Part shown: positions 57,913 to 64,000 of the stretch, piece after piece
Position numbering within the stretch: the stretch's first letter is position 1
How the letters are laid out: every line of letters starts with the position of its first letter
NCBI RefSeq assembly: GCF_009914755.1
Contig: NC_060930.1
Source of the DNA: the human T2T-CHM13v2.0 reference genome, Homo sapiens
Strand: one strand, 5' to 3'
Length of the DNA stretch: 64,000 nucleotides
Program-made: the position numbers and the translations under genes
Notes under the pieces: model-generated
Database searches by the model: none
What the model was told of the DNA's origin: nothing
Seen by the model: only the letters and a program-made list of their open reading frames with translations

Positions 57913-60262
57913 TTGAATGGGATCATTTATCTTACTTTAAGGCCAAACAGCTGAGTTATAATAGGCTTAAATCAGGAGTTTGACTAGTATAATAAATACA
58001 ATTAATTAATTGTGGTCAATTCTACATTGTTTGTGTTACCTCAGACTTATGTAATTAAAATAATTGAATCAGAAAAGCATATTTTTTGTGTTAATTTGAT
58101 AAGCATGGCCGCCAAGTACTCATCTCTGTTTGCCTTTTTTTCTTTTTCTTTTTTTCCCTCCCTTGTTTCTTTGTGTTATGAACCAAATCATAACTTCCTC
58201 TTACAGATCCAGAGAGCTGTTCGTCTTTGAGTAGGAACATACAGAAAAGACGTAAGGCATTTCTTTTCTCACATTTTAAAATAAAGAGCCTCAGCATTTC
58301 CAGAGTGAATTTTATGGTTTATGGCTCTGAAAATTGCAAGTTAAAAAGCACATTAGCAATTATTTTTGAATTGCACTAGAAATTATGGACCAGTTCAAAA
58401 CAGATTGCTGATGTTCTAAAGTGAACCGCAGGTGCAACAAAAATCTTTTGCAATAGAGATTTTTGTTATGATTTTATCCATATCCTATACCCTTTTTTCC
58501 TGCAACATTACTGCATTTTCTTTTAAACAATGCTATTACAGATAATTCCCAAAGATATAATGTAATCTTCTGCTCAGAACAGGATAAAAATGGAAAATTC
58601 CAGGTTCTATTTCTGAGCTTTGCTTATAGCGGTTTAGTAGAAAGCTTAGTATCTGAGTCTCCCCATTACAAAAAATAAAGTTTAATTACTATTTATCCTC
58701 AAAGATACTTAATTATCAGTAGGAAAGGCTTGATGCTATTCAATGATCCTCAAATCAAAGCAATTTAAACATGCATTATTTTAACAATACACAAGTACAA
58801 AAGCTAAGAAATTATCTAGTGCGAGGCTCATCACCCTCTCTCTATGATTTTTTTTTCTCAGAATTTATGGGTAACCTAGATTCTGAAGTGGAGATATACA
58901 AAGAACATCCATTTGAGGCAGAGGAAATTATTTCCTTTGCCTTTTGTTTTGTTTTCTGCATAAAAGGAATCGCAGATATTTCCACATGAAAGGATTTATT
59001 TATCCAGGAACACTTTTGAACTTATACTATTTTTTGGGGGGCCCAAATCATTTAGAAGATTTTTGTATGGGGGAGAAAACAATAGCCACATTGTGACAGG
59101 ATGGTAGAGTCATTGTCAGTAGCATTTAGTTAAAGGACAGTACGATGGACAAAACATAGGCCTTAAAGTAGAAATAAAGTGCTTGCTTTGGTCCATAGTT
59201 ATTGCTGGCTTAATTGGATATTTCATCATATACTGTGATGGACTTTTGGTTATCATGTTTATGTGTCTTTTACCTATTTGAATCTTTACACAAATGAAAG
59301 GCTCTTTTTGAGAGTGTGTTTTTTTTTTAAAAGGGGAAATCATATTGGACTTGAGCACTATAATCGATTGGTTAGCTCATAAATATATGATAATACAGGT
59401 ACTATAAATAATGTTTTTACCTCTTGTTTTTGATCTCTTTTTCTTTCGTTTTCAGCCTTTCAGAGCTGAAGCATCCCATGTAATTGCTTTTACTTTCCCA
59501 CATCTCAGTCATTCTGCTCTTTTTCTGTTAGTGATTATATTAGCTCAACAGTATTTAACTACAGTTTTCATGGTCAATTATTAATGAATGTTTCATTTTA
59601 TCTGTGGTATTACTTTGCCAACAAAACTGCTGTGAAGTTAATTACTTGGCAGTTTTTTAAAGTATAAAATGGAAAGAAATGGCTTTTGCTGTTAAATTGT
59701 CATGCAGACCCACTTTTGTCATTACAGGATACAAGAGATCCCTTTGATAACTGAGCCAAGCAGGTCAGCCACTCTCCATTGTTCAAATGGTTGATAAAAT
59801 ATGCACAAAACTGAAATCTGGTGGGGTCTGGAACCTGTGGCTTTGCAATTTGGAAGGCATTTGATTATGTTCTTTGTAGATTGTTCATGTTCTTTGAACC
59901 TGTTTGAAAAAACGTTTATATTTCAACCTGCTGAGTTCCTAACATTTAAAAGAGAATAAGTGGCTTCCATAAATCCAGGCACCCCAGGCAGAAAAGGTTT
60001 GCCTCACAAACAATGGCTGAGAGAGACACCTGGCCTCAGGCACATCAAGAGGCTGTATTGTTAGGCCTGGGCATTGTGGAGAGTGGATGTTCAGGAAAAG
60101 GCAATTCCTAAAAGGTTACTGTACTAAAAGGCTTAAGACTCTTATCTGTCTTGACTCATTTCAAACATTCTTCTTCACAAAAACATCAAGGCAATACCTT
60201 TAAGATTTTTAATTAGAAGTTGTTTGTGTGCTGTGAGGGAAAGCACAAGCATAATCTCCACC

Positions 60263-60368
60263 TTAGGGTGGCCAGATACAGCGAATAAAAGTACACAGCA
60301 CCCAGTAAAATGTGAATTTCAGAAAGTAAGTATGAACCACATGTCCTGTATTTTATCTGGAAGCCTTA
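60263..60368. mobile_element. MER53-like hAT MITE
   Basis: TIR-like ends TAGGGTGGCCAGAT...ATCTGGAAGCCTTA. Confidence 0.7.
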
Positions 60369-60574
60369 CATTTTAGTTCTATTTCTTTTCATCCCACATA
60401 AAAGTTACATGTTTTGCTGTCACATATAATGAGTAAGGGGAGAATTCATGAACACAACGTAAATGAAATATGATTATGTTATTTTGTTAACACTTTAATT
60501 TGAGGTAGTTTTGAGAGTTTTTCTAAACATCTCAGTGCTGGTTTCCAGTCTTGGGTACCTATTGGATTCTTATC

Positions 60575-60690
60575 TAGAGAACTAAGAAAACTCACTGACA
60601 TATGCTCAAGATGGCCTTAATGATCCACTTAGTTTGTCTAGACTTTAGATACGTTTCTTAACTATAGGCCCTTGACCTCCCTTTTCTCTT
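60575..60690 (+). mobile_element. MER31/MER67-type LTR fragment, cut by the L1 insertion
   Basis: ACTTTAGATACGTTTCTT..ACTATAGGCCCTTGACCTCCCTTTTCT. Confidence 0.5.
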
Positions 60691-63600
60691 TTCTTTTCTT
60701 TCTTTCTTCTTTCTTTTTTTTTTTTATTATACTTTAAATTCTGGGATACACGCGCAGAACATGTAGGTTTGTTGCATAGGTATATATGTGTCATGGTGGT
60801 TTGCTGCACCCATCAACCCATCATCTAGGTTTTAAGCCCCACATCTATTAGATATTTGTCCTAATGCTCTCCCTCCCATTGCCTCCTACCCCCCAACAGG
60901 CCCCAGTGTGTGATGTTCCCCTTCCTGTGTCCATGTGTTCTCATTGTTCAACTCCCACTGATGAGTGAGAACATGCAGTGTTCGGTTTTCTGTTCCTGTG
61001 TTAGTATGCTGAGAATGATGGTTTCCAGCTTCATCCATATCCCTGCAAAAGACATGAATTCATTCTCTTTTCTGGCTGTATATTATTCCATTGTGTATAT
61101 GTGCCACATTTTTTTTTTATCCAGTCTATCATTGATGGGTATTTGGGTTGGTTCCAAGTCTTTGCTATTGTGAATAGTGCTGCAATAAACATACGTGTGC
61201 ATATGTCTTTATAGTAGAATGATTTATAATCCTTTGGGTATATACCCAGTAATGGGATTGCTAGGTCAAATGGTATTTCTGGTCCTAGATCCTTGAGGAA
61301 TTGCCACACTGTCTTCCACTATGGTTGAACTAATTTACACTCCCACCAACAGTGTAAAAGCCTTCCTATTTCTCCACATCCTCTCTAGCATCTGTTGTTT
61401 CCTGACTTTTTAATGATCACCATTCTAACTGGTGTGAGATGGTATCTCATTGTGGTTTTGATTTGCATTTCTGTAATGACCAGTGATGAGCTTTTTTTCA
61501 TATGTTTGTTGGCCACATAACTGTTTTCTTTTGAGAAGTCTGTTCATATCCTTCACCCACTTTTTGATGGGGTTGTTTTTTTTTTCTTGTATATTTGTTT
61601 AAGTTCTTTGCAGATTCTGGATATCAGACCTTTGTCGGATGGATACGTTGCAAAAATTTTCTCCCATTCTCTGGATTGCCTGTTCACTCTGATGATAGTT
61701 TCTTTTGCTGTGCAGAAACTTTTTAGTTTAATTAGACACCATTTGTCAATTTTGGCCTTTGTTGCAATTGCTTTTGGTGTTTTAGTCATGAAGTCTTTGC
61801 CCATGCCTATGTCCTGAATGGTATTGCCTAGGTTTTCTTCTAGGGTTTTTATGGTTTTAGGTTTTACATTTAAGTCTTTAATCCATCTTAAGTTAATTTT
61901 TGTATAAGGTGTGAGGAAGGGGTCCAGTTTCAGTTTTCTGCATATGGCTAGCCAGTTTTACCAGCACCATTTATTAAATGGGGAATCCTTTCCCCATTTC
62001 TTGTTTTCGTCAGATTTGTTGAAGATCAGATGGTTGTATATGTGTGGTGTTATTTCTGAGGGCTTTATTCTGTTACATTGGTCTATATATCCGTTTTTGT
62101 TTCAATACCATGCTGTTTTGGTTACTGTAGCCTTGTAGTATACTTTGAAGTCAGGTAGTGTGATGCCTCCAGCTTTCTTTTTGCTTAGGATTGTCTTGAC
62201 TGTATGGGCTCTTTTCTGGTTCCATATGAAATTTAAAGTAGTTTTTCTAATTCTGTGAAGAAAGTCAATTGTAGCTTGATGGAAATAACATTGAATCTAT
62301 AAATTATTTTGGGCAGTATAGCCATGTTCACGATATTGATTCTTCCTATCCATGAGCATGGAATGTTTTTCCATTTGTTTGTGTCCTCTCTTATTTCCTT
62401 GAGCAGTGGTTTATAGTTCTCCTTGAAGAGGTACTTCATGTCCCTTGTAAGTTGTATTCCTAGGTATTTTATTCTCTTTGTAGCAATTGTGAATGGGAGT
62501 TCACTCATCATTTGGCTGTTTGTCTGTTGTTGGTGTACAGGAATGCTTGTGATTTTTGCACATTGATTTTCATATCCTGAGATGCTGAATTTGCTTATAA
62601 TCTTAAGGAGTTTTTGGGCTGAGACAACGGGGTTTTCTAAATATACAATCATGTCATCTGTAAACAGAGACAATTTGACTTCCTCTCTTCCTATTTGAAT
62701 ACACTTTATTTCTTTCTCTTGCCTAATTGCCCTTGCCAGAAGTTCCAATACTATGCTGAATAGGAGTGGTGAGAGAGGGCATCCTTGTCATGTGACAGTT
62801 TTCAAAGGGAATGCTTCCAGCTTTTGCCCATTCAGTATGATACTGGCTGTGGGTTTGTCATAAATAGCTCTTATTGTTTTGAGACATATTCCATCAATAC
62901 CTAGTTTATTGAGTGTTTTTATCATGAAGCGGTGTTAAATTTTATTAAAGGCCTTTTCTGCATCTGTTGAGATAATCATGTGGTTTTTGTCATTGATTCT
63001 GTTTATGTGATGGATTACGTTTATTGATTTGGGTATGTAGAGCTAACTATCCTAAATATATATGCACCCAGTACGGGAGTACCCAGATTCATAAAACAAG
63101 TTCTTAGAGACCTACAAAGAGACTTACGCTCCCACACAATAATACAGTGAGACTTTAACACCCCACTGTCAACATTAGACAGATCAATGAGACAGGAAAT
63201 TAACAGGAATATTCAGGACTTGAACTCTGCTCTGGTCCAAGTGGACCTAATAGACGTCTACAGCACTCTCCACTCCAAGTCAACAGAATGTACATTCTTC
63301 CGAGCACCACATAGCACTTATTCTAAAATCAACCACATAATTGGAAGTAAAACACTCCTCATCAAATGCGAAAAATGGAAATCATAACAGTCTCTCAGAC
63401 CACAGTGCAATCAAGTTAGAACTCAGGATTAAGAAACTCACTCAAAACCACACAACTGCATGGAAACTGAACAACCTGCTCCTGAATGACTACTAGGTAA
63501 ATAATGAAATTAAGTTAGAAATAACGAAGTTTTTTGAAACCAATGAGAACAAAGAGACAATGTACCAGAATCTCCAGGACACAGCTAAAGCAGTGTTAGG

Positions 63601-64000
63601 AGGCAAATTTATAGCACTAAAATGCCCATATCAGAAAGCTGGAAACATCTAAAATGGACATCCTAGCATCACAATTAAAAGAACAAGAGAAGTAAGAGCA
63701 AACAAATTTAAAAGCTAGCAGAAGACAAAAAGTAACTAAGATCAGAACTGAAGGAGATAGAGATACCAAAAACCCTTCCAAAAATAAATCATTGAATCCA
63801 GGAGCTGGCTTTTTGGAAAGGTTACCAAAATAGATTGACCACTAGCCAGACTAATAAAGAAGAAAATAGAGAAGAATCAAATAGATACAATAAAAAATGA
63901 TAAAGTGGAGATTACCACTGATCCCACAATAATATAAACTAGCATCAGATAATACTATAAACACCTCTATGCAAATAAACTAGAAAATCTAGAAGAAATG
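60691..64000 (-). mobile_element. L1PA7/8-like element with 5' inversion, continuing past the window
   Basis: T-rich tail, 3'UTR and ORF2 on minus strand to 63038 ([15 protein letters not shown] motif), then plus-strand EN-region sequence from 63039. Confidence 0.93.

Noticed and set aside
54359-58082. Inversion flanked by inverted duplications
   Set aside because: The Tigger1 TIR continues collinearly after the inserted copy, so the interval is not inverted
62233-62748. 171-aa reverse transcriptase ORF
   Set aside because: Frameshifted L1 ORF2 fragment; not a novel RT system

Overview
Primate (almost certainly human) nuclear DNA: AT-rich, dominated by Alu, L1, L2, MIR, ERV/MaLR LTRs and DNA-transposon fossils, with no intact protein-coding gene that I can support. 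Two minus-strand retro-pseudogenes are present. (1) A full-length RBBP4 retrocopy (49705-51840) with a 13-bp TSD and two frameshifts. (2) An old, heavily decayed SENP6 retrocopy (~2481-4410) that the ORF track almost misses; it appears to derive from an unusually spliced transcript (three skipped blocks, ending in an unspliced GTAAGT donor) and its 5' end remains CpG-rich. Other notable structure: a 156-bp inverted templated insertion inside a Tigger1 end copied from 3.4 kb away, two twin-primed (5'-inverted) L1s, a possibly spliced old L1 5'UTR and several small repair scars. I found no evidence of a new biological system; the SENP6 retrocopy with its CpG-rich 5' end and the templated insertion are the best leads. 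Repeat subfamily names and parent-gene sequences/exon boundaries are recalled from memory, not searched, and boundaries of old repeats are approximate.
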